From Anaeromyxobacter sp. (lineage in GTDB: Bacteria; Myxococcota; Myxococcia; Myxococcales; Anaeromyxobacteraceae): 64,000 nucleotides of DNA. Of this stretch, positions 34,290 to 46,212 are shown one piece after another. Each line of letters starts with the position of its first letter. Position 1 is the stretch's first letter. The position numbers and the translations under genes are program-made. Location of the stretch: the NCBI GenBank assembly GCA_049840735.1, contig JASGJN010000006.1, forward strand, positions 1 to 64,000, read 5' to 3'. The notes below the pieces were generated by a model. The model was not told the DNA's origin. It ran no database searches and worked only from the letters and a program-made list of their open reading frames with translations.

Positions 34290-34757
34290 TCAGCGGCGCG
34301 CGCGGGCCGGGCCGGCGGTGGGCGCGGCGGCCGGGACGGCGCCGAGCCGGGCCATCACCGCGCGCCAGCCCTCCGAGGCGGCCGGACCGGTGGCGCCGAA
34401 GGCGGCGGCGAAGCGGCGCCGCTGCGAGCCGGAGAGGCGCCGCTCCAGGCGGGCCCCCTCCGCGGTCAGGGCCAGCCGCTTGCGGCGGCGGTTCTCCGGC
34501 ACCGGGCTGGTGGCCAGGAGCCCCTGCGCCACCAGCTCGCGCAGGGGGCGCGCCAGGGCCTGCTTGCTCACGCCCAGCACGCGGGTCAGGTCGCCGGGAC
34601 CCAGGCCGGGGTTGCGGCGGACGAAGTACAGGATCCGGTGGTGGACCCGCGACAGCCCGCGCTGGGCCAGCACCCGGTCGGGCTCGGACGTGAGGGCCCG
34701 GTAGGCGAAGAAGAGGAGCGCCTGCGCGTCGTCGAGCCCGTCATTTCGGTCAACCAT
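34290..34757 (-). CDS. MarR-family transcriptional regulator
   Basis: LFFAYRAL..EPD..L...HHRILYFVRRNPG..VSKQAL; divergent from ilvE. Confidence 0.92.
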   Translation of the reverse strand: MVDRNDGLDDAQALLFFAYRALTSEPDRVLAQRGLSRVHHRILYFVRRNPGLGPGDLTRVLGVSKQALARPLRELVAQGLLATSPVPENRRRKRLALTAEGARLERRLSGSQRRRFAAAFGATGPAASEGWRAVMARLGAVPAAAPTAGPARARR

Positions 34758-34804
34758 GTTGACGTTTCCCCGGCGGCCCGCTTTGATGAGTCAACCACGT
34801 TGAC
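34749..34804. promoter_or_regulatory. Twin palindromic operators GTCAAC-N3-GTTGAC
   Basis: GTCAACCATGTTGAC 34749-34763 (spans the marR start codon) and GTCAACCACGTTGAC 34790-34804, both followed by GTTT. Confidence 0.8.
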
Positions 34805-34857
34805 GTTTTCGGCGGCCCGGGCTCCACCCTAGCACCGGGCCGGCCAGGAGCGAACCC

Positions 34858-35920
34858 ATGCAGATCCCGGTCGAGCGCACCCGGAGCCCCCGTCCCCGCG
34901 TCCCCGACGCCGAGCTGGGCTTCGGCCGGGTGTTCACCGACCACCTGCTGCGCCTTCACTGGACCGAGGCCCAGGGCTGGCACGGCGCCCGGATTGTCCC
35001 CTACGGCAGCCTGGCCCTCGACCCGGCCGCCTCGGTCCTGCACTACGGCCAGTCCATCTTCGAGGGCGTGAAGGTGTTCCGCGGGCCCGGCGGCGCCCCG
35101 GCGCTGTTCCGGCCCGGCGCCCACGCGGCCCGGTTCGCCGCCAGCGCCCGCCGGCTGGTGATGCCGCCGCTGGATCCGGCGCTGCTGGTGGAGGGTGTGA
35201 AGGCGCTGGTGCGCACCGATTCTCGACTGGCTGCCCTCGGCGCCGGGCACCGCCATCTACGTCCGCCCGGTGATGTTCGCCACCGAGGGCGCGCTGGGCG
35301 TGCGCCCGGCCCGGGCCTACACCACCCTGGTCTTCCTCTCGCCGGTGGGCGCCTACTTCTCCGGCCCGCCCCGGCCGCTGCGCATCTGGGTGGAGCGGGC
35401 CCGGGCGCGCGCCGCCGCCGGCGGCATCGGCGCCGCCAAGACCTCGGCCAACTACGTGGCCAGCCTGCTGGCGGCGGAGGAGGCCAAGGCGCGCGGCTTC
35501 GACCAGGTGCTCTGGCTGGACGGCGCCGAGCACCGGTGGCTGGAGGAGATTGGCACCATGAACGTGTTCGCGCGGCTGGGCGACACCCTGGTCACGCCGC
35601 CGCTCTCCGGGACCATCCTGGCCGGCGTCACCCGCGACTCGGTGCTGCAGCTCTGCCGCGACCTGGGGCTCCACGCCGAGGAGCGGCCGCTGGCGCTGGA
35701 GGAGCTGGTCCGCGCCCACGGCGAGGGGCGGCTGGTCGAGCTGTTCGGCACCGGCACGGCTGCGGTGGTGGCCCCCATCGGCGAGCTGGCCTGGGAGGGC
35801 CAGACGCTGCCCCTGCCTGCCCCCGGGCCCGGGAGCGTCGGCGAGCGGCTGCGCCAGGCGCTCGTCTCCATCCAGCGCGGCGAGGCGCCGGACCGGCATG
35901 GTTGGGTGGAAGGGATTTGA
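34858..35920 (+). CDS. ilvE: Branched-chain amino acid aminotransferase (frameshift near 35220)
   Basis: LHYGQSIFEGVK, AKTSANY, EEIGTMN, ILAGVTRDS, GTGTAAVV; GATTC->GATC restores DWLP...IYVRP. Confidence 0.92.
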
Positions 35921-36019
35921 CCAGGCCCCAGGGCTCCAGGCCTCGGCAGAAGAGGCGCCCCCCCGCGCCAGCTGCTCCCCGCGTGTCCGCACCCCCCGGC
36001 GCGGCCGCGCGGCCCTCGC

Positions 36020-36358
36020 TCAGGCGACGGCCAGCGGCCGGTCCTTGAGCGGGTTGCCCGCGAGATCGAGCAGGCTGAGGTGCATCTCCAGCGAGCGGAG
36101 CACGGCCTTCACCGCCCCCTCGCAGGTGCAGCGCTCCACCTGGCGCTCGAGGTGCTCGAGCTGCTCGGGATTGGCGTGCACCGTGAAGACCACCTGCTTC
36201 GCGGCCCGGCCCCGCCGCTTGCACCACTCGATCAGCGCCGCCGCGGCGTCGCGCAGCTGCGGCTCGATCGCGTCCTCGCCGTGGACGGCTATCGTCACGG
36301 CGAGCGAGTAGTCCTTGCTGAACAGGCCAGACCGCCTCGTGAACTCCATCACGTCCAT
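36020..36358 (-). CDS. Hypothetical protein (112 aa)
   Basis: RBS GGGAGG, upstream TGcTAGGCT, high GC3; no family recognised. Confidence 0.7.
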   Translation of the reverse strand: MDVMEFTRRSGLFSKDYSLAVTIAVHGEDAIEPQLRDAAAALIEWCKRRGRAAKQVVFTVHANPEQLEHLERQVERCTCEGAVKAVLRSLEMHLSLLDLAGNPLKDRPLAVA

Positions 36359-36501
36359 CTGGCGCCTCCCGGATGAGGCGCAGCCTAGCACCGCATCACG
36401 GTGGGTGCGACCATCTGTTCGTCTGCGGCGACGCGGCACGCGCCAAGTGGTGTGTCCGCCGGGGCAATTCCCGCTCGCGCCCCGGACCAGGCCTACGCGG
36501 G

Positions 36502-37686
36502 TCAGCTCCCGAGGGCAGCGGGGATCCTGTCGTTGAGTGTGGTTGTCGTCACCACCTCACCGCCGCGCACGTACAGCCGCGGCACGCGCGCGGTGATCGA
36601 GGCCAGGATCTCCCAGGAGATGGTGTCGGCCAGCGCGGCCAGCTCGTCCGCGTCCACCTGCTCGTCGCCGTCGCGGCCGAGCAGCGTGACCACGTCGCCC
36701 TCCTGCACCCCGGGCACGGCGGTCACGTCCACCACGCACATGTCCATGGCCACGCGGCCGATCACCGGCACGCGCCGCCCGCCCACCAGCGCGTGCGCCC
36801 GGTTGCCCAGCGCGCGGCGGTAGCCGTCGGCGTAGCCGCACATCACCAGCGCCACGCGCGAGGGGCGCGAGGCGGCCCACATGCGGCCGTAGCCGACGGT
36901 GGCGCCGCGCTCCAGCGCGGTGACGCGCGCCACCCGGGCCCGGAGCGCCAGCGCGGGGCGCAGGTCCAGCTCGGTGCCGCACCAGGGCGCCGGCTTGTAG
37001 CCGTACATGGAGAGGCCGGTGCGGACCGCCTCCAGCGCCATCTCGTGGTCCAGCAGCACGCTCGCCGAGGCGGAGCAGTGGCGCTCGGGGACCCAGGGCA
37101 CGCGGCGAGAGGTGTCGCGCAGGATCTCGAACTGGCGACGGGTGAAGCGCTGGTCGCCCTCCTCCGCCGCGGCGAAGTGGGTGAAGAGCCCCTCCACCTG
37201 CAGGCCGGGGAGCGCGCGGGCCTGCTCCGCCAGCGCCACCAGCGCGTCGGGGGGCAGGCCGTGGCGGTTGAGCCCGGTCTCCAGCTCGAGGTGGATGGGG
37301 ACGGTCACGCCGCGCCGGACGCCGGCGGCCGAGAGCGCCTCCACCTGGTCCAGCGCCCCCACCGCCGGCTTGAGCCGCAGGGCGGCCACCCGGTCGGCGT
37401 CGGAGGCGGGCGTGTGGCCCACCACCAGCACCGGCGCGGTCACGCCGGCGCGCCGGAGCTCCTCGCCCTCGTCCACGCAGACCACGGCCAGGCCGTGCGC
37501 GCCCGCGGCCAGCGCGGCCTGGCCCACGGCCACCGCGCCGTGCCCGTAGGCGTTGGCCTTGACCACGGCGTAGAGGCGCGCCGGCGCGGCGCGCGCCGCG
37601 AGCAGCGCGACGTTGTGCGAGATGGCGTCGAGGTCGATCTCGGCCCAGACCGGCCGGCCGCCCCAGGCGGAAGGAGAGCGCGACAT
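36502..37686 (-). CDS. alr: Alanine racemase
   Basis: AVVKANAYGHG PLP motif, THFA, GYADGY, GRVAMD. Confidence 0.96.
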   Translation of the reverse strand: MSRSPSAWGGRPVWAEIDLDAISHNVALLAARAAPARLYAVVKANAYGHGAVAVGQAALAAGAHGLAVVCVDEGEELRRAGVTAPVLVVGHTPASDADRVAALRLKPAVGALDQVEALSAAGVRRGVTVPIHLELETGLNRHGLPPDALVALAEQARALPGLQVEGLFTHFAAAEEGDQRFTRRQFEILRDTSRRVPWVPERHCSASASVLLDHEMALEAVRTGLSMYGYKPAPWCGTELDLRPALALRARVARVTALERGATVGYGRMWAASRPSRVALVMCGYADGYRRALGNRAHALVGGRRVPVIGRVAMDMCVVDVTAVPGVQEGDVVTLLGRDGDEQVDADELAALADTISWEILASITARVPRLYVRGGEVVTTTTLNDRIPAALGS

Positions 37687-37743
37687 GGGGCGGCATGATA
37701 CAGGGCCGCCCGGTTCCGTGCAGGGCGTGCGGAGGCCTGGCCG

Positions 37744-38211
37744 CTACCCGGCCATCAGCAGGGCGCCGCCGCGCGCCAGGTATGCCTCCACCCCGTGCCC
37801 GCCGTGCGTCAGCACGTCGGCCACGTAGGCGTCCCGCTCGGCCGTCACGATCCGCAGGTTCCAGACGTCGAGCCCCTCGCCGTCGCGCGCCTCGCGCCAG
37901 GCCATGCCGGCCCGGGTGAAGGTCCGCATGGCCAGCTCGTTCTCGCGGTCCCACCAGGCCACCACCACGTAGTCGGCGTCGCGCCCCTGGTGCTCGATCA
38001 TGAACCCCACCCCGGGCCGCTCGGCGGTGACGGCCGGGGCCGGCAGGGCCGCCAGGGCCAGGTCCACGCCGCGGGCGAAGCGCGACTCGTCGAAGCTCGC
38101 GCCCGGCAGCGTGAGCGTGTAGCGGCGCAGCTTGAAGCCCCCGGCCAGCTCGAACAGGCCGCGGTACGCCGTGGGACGGGCGCGGAAGGGGTGGTGGACG
38201 CGGAAGCTCAC
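37744..38211 (-). CDS. Hypothetical protein directly downstream of hmgA
   Basis: GFMIEHQG...WWDRENEL...VWNL...ERDAY; 12 nt after the hmgA stop codon. Confidence 0.75.
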   Translation of the reverse strand: MSFRVHHPFRARPTAYRGLFELAGGFKLRRYTLTLPGASFDESRFARGVDLALAALPAPAVTAERPGVGFMIEHQGRDADYVVVAWWDRENELAMRTFTRAGMAWREARDGEGLDVWNLRIVTAERDAYVADVLTHGGHGVEAYLARGGALLMAG

Positions 38212-38223
38212 GGTCAGTCCTCC

Positions 38224-39379
<1,156 letters not shown>

Positions 39380-39392
39380 GCGGCCCCGGGCG

Positions 39393-40572
39393 CTAGGCCC
39401 GCCCCTCGCGCGCCTGCTCGCGCTCGATGGACTCGAACAGCGCGCGGAAGTTGCCCGCGCCGAAGCCCTGGTCGCCCTTGCGCTGGATGATTCTCGAAGA
39501 AGAACGGGCCGGCGGCGGCCTCGTGGTACAGGCCGGCCGCCTCGCGCAGGAAGATCTGCAGCAGGTAGGCGCCCGGGCCGGCGCCGTCCACCAGGATCTG
39601 CAGCTCCTGCAGCAGCGGGATCTCCTCGTCGATGCGCCCGATGCCGGTGCGCTGGATGCGCTCCGGCAGCGCCTCGTAGTAGGTGGCCGGCGTGGGCATG
39701 AACTCGACGCCGCGGCCGCGCAGCCCGCGCACCGCGCCCAGGATGTCGGCCACGGTCAGGGCCGCGTGCTGGATGCCGTCGCCGCGGTGATCCTCGTTGA
39801 AGACGTTGATCTGCGAGGACTTGAAGGCCGGGCGCCAGGGCTCGTTGTTCGCGAACTTCACGCCGGAGCGCGCGTCGCGCATCACCACCGAGCGCAGGCC
39901 CGAGCCCTGCTGCGCCTGCAGCGCCTGGCGGCGCCCCTCGGCGGCGTCGCGGGTGTGGAACTGCACCTCCCAGGACTCCTCCAGCCCCAGCACGTGCTCC
40001 ATCCAGAGCAGCGCCGGCTTCATGGTCTGGAAGTTGGAGGTGAGGTGGTCGATGGCGCCGAAGCCGAAGGCGTTCCGCCCGCCCTCCGGCCTCGCCAGGG
40101 CCGCGATCCCCGGGTACGGCGACCGGAAGCCGCGCCGCTCCACGAAGCGGAAGGTGGTGTCGCCGAAGGGCGTGGTGATGTGGAAGGCGCGGAGCGTGCC
40201 GCCGTCGTCCTGGTGCTCGATCACGTCGGTGATGGGCGTGCCGCCGCGCTCCTCCAGCAGGCGGAAGGCGCGCTCGGCGTCCTCCACCTCGAAGACCACC
40301 GAGCCGATGCCGTCGGGGTGCTTGCGGAGCCAGCGGAAGGCCCGCCCGCCGTCGCCCTTCGGCTCGGAGCAGACGATGCGGACCGCGCCCGCCTCGAACA
40401 CCGCCGAGCGCTGGTGGCCCTCGGCCTCCAGCGCCGGGGTGCTGCGCGCCACCTCGGCGAAGTCGAGCCGGTCGGTGTAGAAGCGGCGGCTCCGCTCCAG
40501 GTCGTGGACGTAGGTGTGGAGGGCCTCGATGCGGACCAGGCCCAGGGGCTCGAGGCGTTCGCGGGTGGTCAC
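39393..40572 (-). CDS. hppD: 4-hydroxyphenylpyruvate dioxygenase (frameshift near 39491)
   Basis: IDHLTSN, GIQHAAL, YLLQIF; corrected C-terminus [26 protein letters not shown]. Confidence 0.93.
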
Positions 40573-41234
40573 CTGTTCCTCCGTTCCGGCGGCGGCGCGT
40601 CCGGCTGGTGTTCGGCGTGGGCGGCCTGGAAGGCCGGCAGCGCCTGGCAGGCCTCCTCGATGCGGAGCAGCGCGGGGAAGGCGGAGAGCTCGACCTCGAA
40701 GCGGCGGGCGGCGGCCAGCTGCGGGACGAGGTAGCAGTCGGCCAGGCCCGGGGCGTCGCCGTGGCAGAAGCGGCCGGCGCCGCCGTCCGAGACGGCCCGC
40801 TCCAGCCCGGCCAGCCCCTCGGTGACGAAGCGCCGGGCCCAGGCCTTGTCCGAGCCGGGCTCGCGCTCGCGGAGCGTCCGCAGCACCACCGCGTTGTGCA
40901 GCGGCTGGATGCCGGAGTTGACGTGCTCGGCCAGCGCCCGCACCCGGGCGCGCCCCCAGGGGTCGGCCGGCAGCAGCGGCGGCGCCGGGAACCGCTCCTC
41001 CAGCCACTCCAGGATGGCCATCGACTGCACCAGCCGGCGCACCGGCCCGCCCTCCTCCACCTCCAGCACCGGGATCTGCGCCAGCGGGCTGCGCGCGCGG
41101 TGCTCGGGCTGGTACTGCTCGAGCGCCAGCAGGTCCACCGGGCGGGTCTCGTAGGGGAGCCCCTTGAGCCCGAGGCCGATGCGCACGCGCCAGGCGGAGG
41201 AGGAGCGCCAGTAGGAGTAGAGGCGCAGCGTCAC
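40569..41234 (-). CDS. maiA: Maleylacetoacetate isomerase (zeta-class GST)
   Basis: LYSYWRSSSAWRVRIGL, QSMAILEWLEE, GIQPLHN, AAHAEHQPD. Confidence 0.95.
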   Translation of the reverse strand: MTLRLYSYWRSSSAWRVRIGLGLKGLPYETRPVDLLALEQYQPEHRARSPLAQIPVLEVEEGGPVRRLVQSMAILEWLEERFPAPPLLPADPWGRARVRALAEHVNSGIQPLHNAVVLRTLREREPGSDKAWARRFVTEGLAGLERAVSDGGAGRFCHGDAPGLADCYLVPQLAAARRFEVELSAFPALLRIEEACQALPAFQAAHAEHQPDAPPPERRNR

Positions 41235-42208
41235 CGGGCCTCCACCACGCGCTGGGCGATGGCGCCGAAGAGGTCGCGGCCGGCCGCGTCGCGCATCTCC
41301 AGCTCCACCGTGTCGCCCGCCTGCATGAACCGGGTCCGCGCGGCGCCGCCGTCGATCATCTCCAGCGCCCGCACCTCGGCGATGCAGGACCAGCCCCGCG
41401 CGCGGTCGGTGTTCGACACGGTGCCGCTGCCGAGTATGGTGCCGGCGGTGAAGGCGCGGGTCCGCGCCACGTGCTCCACCAGCTGGAGGAAGGAGAAGTG
41501 CATCTCGCCGGCGTCGGCGCTGCCGACCACCTGGCCGTTCCAGCGCACGGTCAGCGGCAGGTGGACGCGGCCGTCTCGCCAGGCCGGCCCCAGCTCGTCG
41601 GGCGTGACGGCGAACGGGGAGAAGGCGGTGGCCGGCTTGGACTGGAAGAAGCCGAACCCCTTGGCCAGCTCGCCGGGCACGAGGTGCCGGAGCGTGATGT
41701 CGTTGGCCAGGCAGAGGAGCCGGACGTGGCGCGCCGCGTCGGCCGCCCTGGTGCCCAGCGGGACGTCGCCCAGGATGCAGCAGACCTCCCCCTCGAAGTC
41801 GAGCCCCCAGGTCACGTCGGGCAGCGCCAGGTCCTGCGTGGGTGCCAGCAGCACGCCCGAGCCGCCCTGGTAGATGAGCGGGTCGGTCTCGAGCGTGGGC
41901 GGCGGCTCGGCGCCGCGCGCGCGGCGCACCCGGCGCACGTGCTCCAGGAAGGCCGAGCCGTCGATCCACTCGTACGCGCGAGGGAGCGGGGAGAGGAGCG
42001 CCCGGGGGTCGAGCGGCTCGCCGTCCACGTCCCCGGCGTCGAGCGTGGCGGCCAGCGCCCGCAGCGAGGCCTCGCAGTGCGCCCAGCGGTCCAGCGCGTC
42101 CTGCAGCGTGCGCGCGACGCCCGTCGCGTCCAGCACGGCGTCGCCGTCCCGGCGCACCACCACCAGCCGCCCATCGCGGGTCCCGTCCCTGAGCGTTGCG
42201 AGGCGCAT
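41231..42208 (-). CDS. Fumarylacetoacetate hydrolase-family protein
   Basis: MRLATLRDGTRDG, DFEGE, NDITLR, GFFQSKP, GSGTVSN; first gene of the tyrosine catabolic operon. Confidence 0.92.
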   Translation of the reverse strand: MRLATLRDGTRDGRLVVVRRDGDAVLDATGVARTLQDALDRWAHCEASLRALAATLDAGDVDGEPLDPRALLSPLPRAYEWIDGSAFLEHVRRVRRARGAEPPPTLETDPLIYQGGSGVLLAPTQDLALPDVTWGLDFEGEVCCILGDVPLGTRAADAARHVRLLCLANDITLRHLVPGELAKGFGFFQSKPATAFSPFAVTPDELGPAWRDGRVHLPLTVRWNGQVVGSADAGEMHFSFLQLVEHVARTRAFTAGTILGSGTVSNTDRARGWSCIAEVRALEMIDGGAARTRFMQAGDTVELEMRDAAGRDLFGAIAQRVVEAR

Positions 42209-42346
42209 CTGAGCGCAACGTACTAACCGCCGCAGCCCCAGGCGGCGCGCGCCCGCGGCGCGAAAAATGGGGGCCGCTCTCGGCGCAGTGCGTTGCGGCA
42301 GGCCCCCGGCCGTGGCTAGAAAGCCAGGACGCTCGAGGCCCGACGC

Positions 42347-43510
42347 TTGTCCCTGACGCTCACCGTGCACGACGCCATCGCGGAGGTCCCGGCCGAAGCC
42401 TGGGACGCCCTGCACGCGCACGAGCCCGACCGGGCCAGCCCCTTCGTCCGCCACGCCTTCCTGCGGGCGGCGGAGGAGAGCGGCTCGGCCTCGCCGCGCC
42501 ACGGCTGGTCGCCGCGCCACCTGGTGCTCCGCCGTGGGCGCGAGCTGGTGGCGGCCGCGCCGGCCTACGCGCGCAGCGCCTCGGACGGCGACTTCGGTCG
42601 CGACTGGGAGTGGGCGGCCGCGGCCGGGCAGGCGGGGTTGAGCTACTACCCGAAGCTGGTGGTGGGCATCCCCTTCACCCCGGCCACCGGGCGGCGCGCG
42701 CTGGTGGCGCCGGGCGAGGACCGGGGGAGCCTCACCGCGGCGCTGGTGGAGGGGGCGCTGCGGCGCTGCCGGGACGAGGGGCTCTCCGGGCTCCACGTGC
42801 TGTTCCCTGCGGAGGACGAGGCCGCGGCGCTGGAGGCCGCCGGCCTGGCGGTGCGGGTGGACTTCCAGTACCACTGGCGCAACGAGGGCTACCGCACGCC
42901 GGACGACTTCCTGGCCCGCTTCCCCTCCAAGCGGCGCAACAGCCTGCGCCGCGAGCGGGCCGCGCCGGCGGGGCAGGGGATCGCGATCCGCACGGTGCGC
43001 GGCGAGGAGCTTGGGCGGGACCCCGGGGGCTGGGCCCGCGAGTGCTTCGCGCTCCACCGGGCCAGCACCGACCGGATGACCTGGGGCATGCGGTTCGTGA
43101 ACCGCGCCTTCTACGAGCGCGTGCTCACCGGGATGCCGGACGCCGTCGAGGTGGTGGAGGCGCGGCGCGAGGGGAGGCTGGTGGGGATGGCCTTCAACCT
43201 GGCCTCACCCCGGGTGCTCTACGGACGGTACTGGGGGTGCGTGGAGGACCACCCGTTCCTGCACTTCAACGTGGCGCTCTACCACTCCATCGACGAGTGC
43301 ATCCGGCGCGGCGTGGACCGGTTCGAGGGAGGCGCCGGGGGCGAGCACAAGCTCTCGCGCGGGTTCGAGCCGGCGCTGACGTACAGCGGGCACGCGTTCC
43401 TCGATCACCGGCTCGATCGCTCGCTGCGGCGCCACCTGGCGCTGGAGAGGGCCCAGCGGGTGGCCGCGCTGGGGCGGTGGCGCGAGGAGCACCCGCGGCT
43501 GGGCGGCTGA
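42347..43510 (+). CDS. FemAB-like / DUF482 GNAT-fold protein
   Basis: YYPKLVVGIPFTPATG, QYHWRN, LYGRYWG, LHF...Y, EGGAGGEHKLSRGF. Confidence 0.9.
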   Translation: MSLTLTVHDAIAEVPAEAWDALHAHEPDRASPFVRHAFLRAAEESGSASPRHGWSPRHLVLRRGRELVAAAPAYARSASDGDFGRDWEWAAAAGQAGLSYYPKLVVGIPFTPATGRRALVAPGEDRGSLTAALVEGALRRCRDEGLSGLHVLFPAEDEAAALEAAGLAVRVDFQYHWRNEGYRTPDDFLARFPSKRRNSLRRERAAPAGQGIAIRTVRGEELGRDPGGWARECFALHRASTDRMTWGMRFVNRAFYERVLTGMPDAVEVVEARREGRLVGMAFNLASPRVLYGRYWGCVEDHPFLHFNVALYHSIDECIRRGVDRFEGGAGGEHKLSRGFEPALTYSGHAFLDHRLDRSLRRHLALERAQRVAALGRWREEHPRLGG

Positions 43511-43514
43511 CGGC

Positions 43515-45365
43515 TCAGTACACCGCGCCCGCCGAGGCGGCGGCGCCCAGGGGCTGGCCGCGCTGGTCCTTCGCCGGCGGGTGCACGGGGCCGATCTGGA
43601 ACTCGATCGACTCCATCACCACGTTGTCGCCCAGCGGCCCGTCCTCGAAGCCGGCCCAGAAGTCGTCGCCCAGCCCCGGGCGCCCGGTGGCGGCCACCAG
43701 CGCGGCGTCGAGGTCGGACCAGAAGGCCAGCCAGGGCGCGTTCTCCGCGTTGGAGGGCCAGGACTGGCTGGGGCCGTGGAAGGTCACGCCGGTGGGGTCG
43801 GCCAGGTCCGGCGCGAAGTCCGGGCCGAGCTGGCCGGGCTCGCGCAGCCGGGCCAGCAGCAGCGCCAGGAAGTCGTCCACCCCACCGACCACCTGGTAGC
43901 CGAGCTGACGGACCGTGACCGCCTCGCTGCCCGGCGGGACGGTGCCGGCCGAGGCCGGGCCGGGCGGATACCAGGCCACCGACGGCTGGCCGGCGTCCAC
44001 GCCGGCGGAGGTGAAGGCGGTGGGCTGCGCGCCGGCCAGGTCCAGCGCGTCGGCCGCGGCCACGCCCTCGGCGTCGCCATTCACCGGGAAGTGGCGGCGC
44101 GCCAGCGAGGTCCACCAGGGGATGGGCGCCAGGAGGTGCGAGGCGTCCAGCACGCCCACCCGGTTGCGGCCGGCGCTGTAGAGGTTGACCAGCGAGCCGG
44201 TGAAGAGGTCGTCGGCCTCGCCGGCCACGGTGTTGCCGGCGATGACGTCGGCGCGGAGCGCCATGTCCTCGACGGTGTGGGCGTCGCCGATGGTGGCCGC
44301 CACGCCCCCGCCGCCCATGTTGGGCGCGCCGTTGAAGGTGGCGGGCGCGCCCGTCACGGCGTTCTCGGCGATGGTGCAGTGCGAGAGCGAGAGGGCGCCG
44401 TTGGACATGTAGACGCCGCCGCCGCGGTAGTAGAACTGGAAGCGGACGTCCTCGGCCACCTCGGCCAGGTCCTCCACCGCGTTGCGCGCCACCGTGCAGG
44501 CCGACACCAGCAGCCGCTGCGCGTGGCCCGGGCCGCCGCCGTCGGTGTAGACGCCGCCGCCATAGGCGTGCTGGCCGGTGACGCGGTTGCCGGTGACGGC
44601 GGAGCGGTGGAGCTGCGAGCCGGGGGCGCCGGCGCGGGCGCCGCCCACCGAGTAGAGGCCGCCGCCGGCGGCGCCGAAGCCGGAGACGGCGTTGCCGCCG
44701 ACGGTCGAGTCCTCCAGCCAGAGCGAGTCGGCGTAGATCCCGCCGCCGAACGCGCCGCGGTCGCGGCTGGGGGAGCGATCGCCGTCGGCGCGGTTCCCGA
44801 CCACCGCGCAGCGGCGCAGCGTGGCGGTGCCCCACACGGCCAGGCCGCCGCCCCGGGCCAGCGTGTAGGGCTGGGCGGTGTCGTCGCGCGCCACCGCCTC
44901 GGCGCGGCCGTCGCGCACCGTCACGCCGATGAGCTCCAGGTCGCCGCGGACCGACAGGACGCGGGCGGGCTCGTCGCCGGCCCAGGCCAGGGTCAGGCCG
45001 TGGGGCAGGGCGGAGGCGTCGATGCGCACGTCGCGGTCCACGTGCAGCGCCGACGCGCCGTAGTCGCGGTCCTGGAAGCCCTGGAACGTCCAGCGTCCGG
45101 CCGCGAAGGTGAAGACCTCGCCCTGCAGCAGCGCGTGGCGCTCGCCCACCAGGCGCAGCGCGATGGTGCCGCCGTCGAGGCCGGGCGCGAAGGTGACGGT
45201 GCCGCCCGCGGGCGTGGCCGCCAGCGCCCCCCGGAGCGTCTGCTGGCCGGCGGGCGGAGGATCGACGTCCTCCAGCGTGGTGACCACCGACGGCGACGGC
45301 GCGGTGGACCCGGAGTGGCAGGCGGACAGGAGCAGCGCCAGCGCGGCCAGGCAGGATTGGTTCAC
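43515..45365 (-). CDS. Lipoprotein with right-handed beta-helix repeats
   Basis: Lipobox LSAC; VTTLED...TLRGAL start; repeated GGGI/L/VY...T..xN motifs; C-terminal DQRG...GA. Confidence 0.8.
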   Translation of the reverse strand: MNQSCLAALALLLSACHSGSTAPSPSVVTTLEDVDPPPAGQQTLRGALAATPAGGTVTFAPGLDGGTIALRLVGERHALLQGEVFTFAAGRWTFQGFQDRDYGASALHVDRDVRIDASALPHGLTLAWAGDEPARVLSVRGDLELIGVTVRDGRAEAVARDDTAQPYTLARGGGLAVWGTATLRRCAVVGNRADGDRSPSRDRGAFGGGIYADSLWLEDSTVGGNAVSGFGAAGGGLYSVGGARAGAPGSQLHRSAVTGNRVTGQHAYGGGVYTDGGGPGHAQRLLVSACTVARNAVEDLAEVAEDVRFQFYYRGGGVYMSNGALSLSHCTIAENAVTGAPATFNGAPNMGGGGVAATIGDAHTVEDMALRADVIAGNTVAGEADDLFTGSLVNLYSAGRNRVGVLDASHLLAPIPWWTSLARRHFPVNGDAEGVAAADALDLAGAQPTAFTSAGVDAGQPSVAWYPPGPASAGTVPPGSEAVTVRQLGYQVVGGVDDFLALLLARLREPGQLGPDFAPDLADPTGVTFHGPSQSWPSNAENAPWLAFWSDLDAALVAATGRPGLGDDFWAGFEDGPLGDNVVMESIEFQIGPVHPPAKDQRGQPLGAAASAGAVY

Positions 45366-45389
45366 GGTGGGACCCCCAGGGGCAGCAGC

Positions 45390-46154
45390 CTAGCGTACCT
45401 CCGGCCGCCTGCGCGACCAGGAGAGCGTGACGCTGCGGCGCCAGGCCGCCCCGCCGTGCGCCCGGGCCAGCGCGCGGGCGTCGGCCAGCAGCGCGGCCAG
45501 CCCGACCGGCCCCAGCGCCGGGCCGGCGAAGGAGAGGGAGCGGAGCACCGCGTCCAGCCGGTCGGGCTCGAGCAGCACCTCGTGCTCGAACCGCTCCTCG
45601 ACCGGCGGCGGCAGGCCGGCCACCGAGACGAACAGCTCCACCGGCGGGAGCGCCGGGCGGGCCTTGGCGTTGGCGGCGGCCAGCCGCCCGGAGAGGGCGC
45701 GGAGGAAGGGCGTGTCGGCCAGCAACGGCGTCACCACCGCCAGCGCGCCGCCGGGCGCGAGCAGCCGCCCGGCCTCGCGCCCTCCGCGCTCCGGATCGAC
45801 CCACTGCAGCGCGTCCGCCAGCACCACCAGGTCGAAGCCACCGGCCGGCAGCCCGGTCTCCTCCGCGGCGGCGTGGACCGGGTGGACCGGGGAGCGCTGC
45901 GCCTCCAGCGCGTCGAGCATGCCCCGGGCCGGCTCGACGCCCCAGACCTCCGCACCGGCCGCCGCCAGCGGCACCGCCAGGAGCCCGGTGCCCGCTCCCA
46001 GGTCGGCCACCCGGGCGCCGGTCCCGCCGGCCAGGGCCAGCAGCCGCCCCAGCAGCGGCGCCGGGTAGCCCGGCCGCGCCGCGTAGTCCGCGGCCAGCCG
46101 GTTGAAGACCCAGCGGCCATGATCGTCCGGGGAGATGCGGGCGCGGCGGGACAC
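45390..46154 (-). CDS. Class I SAM-dependent methyltransferase
   Basis: [28 protein letters not shown]. Confidence 0.9.
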   Translation of the reverse strand: MSRRARISPDDHGRWVFNRLAADYAARPGYPAPLLGRLLALAGGTGARVADLGAGTGLLAVPLAAAGAEVWGVEPARGMLDALEAQRSPVHPVHAAAEETGLPAGGFDLVVLADALQWVDPERGGREAGRLLAPGGALAVVTPLLADTPFLRALSGRLAAANAKARPALPPVELFVSVAGLPPPVEERFEHEVLLEPDRLDAVLRSLSFAGPALGPVGLAALLADARALARAHGGAAWRRSVTLSWSRRRPEVR

Positions 46155-46212
46155 GGGCGGAGGCTACCACGGCCCCCCTGGTCTGCTGCTGGCCCGGCCC
46201 CCAGCTTCAGGC

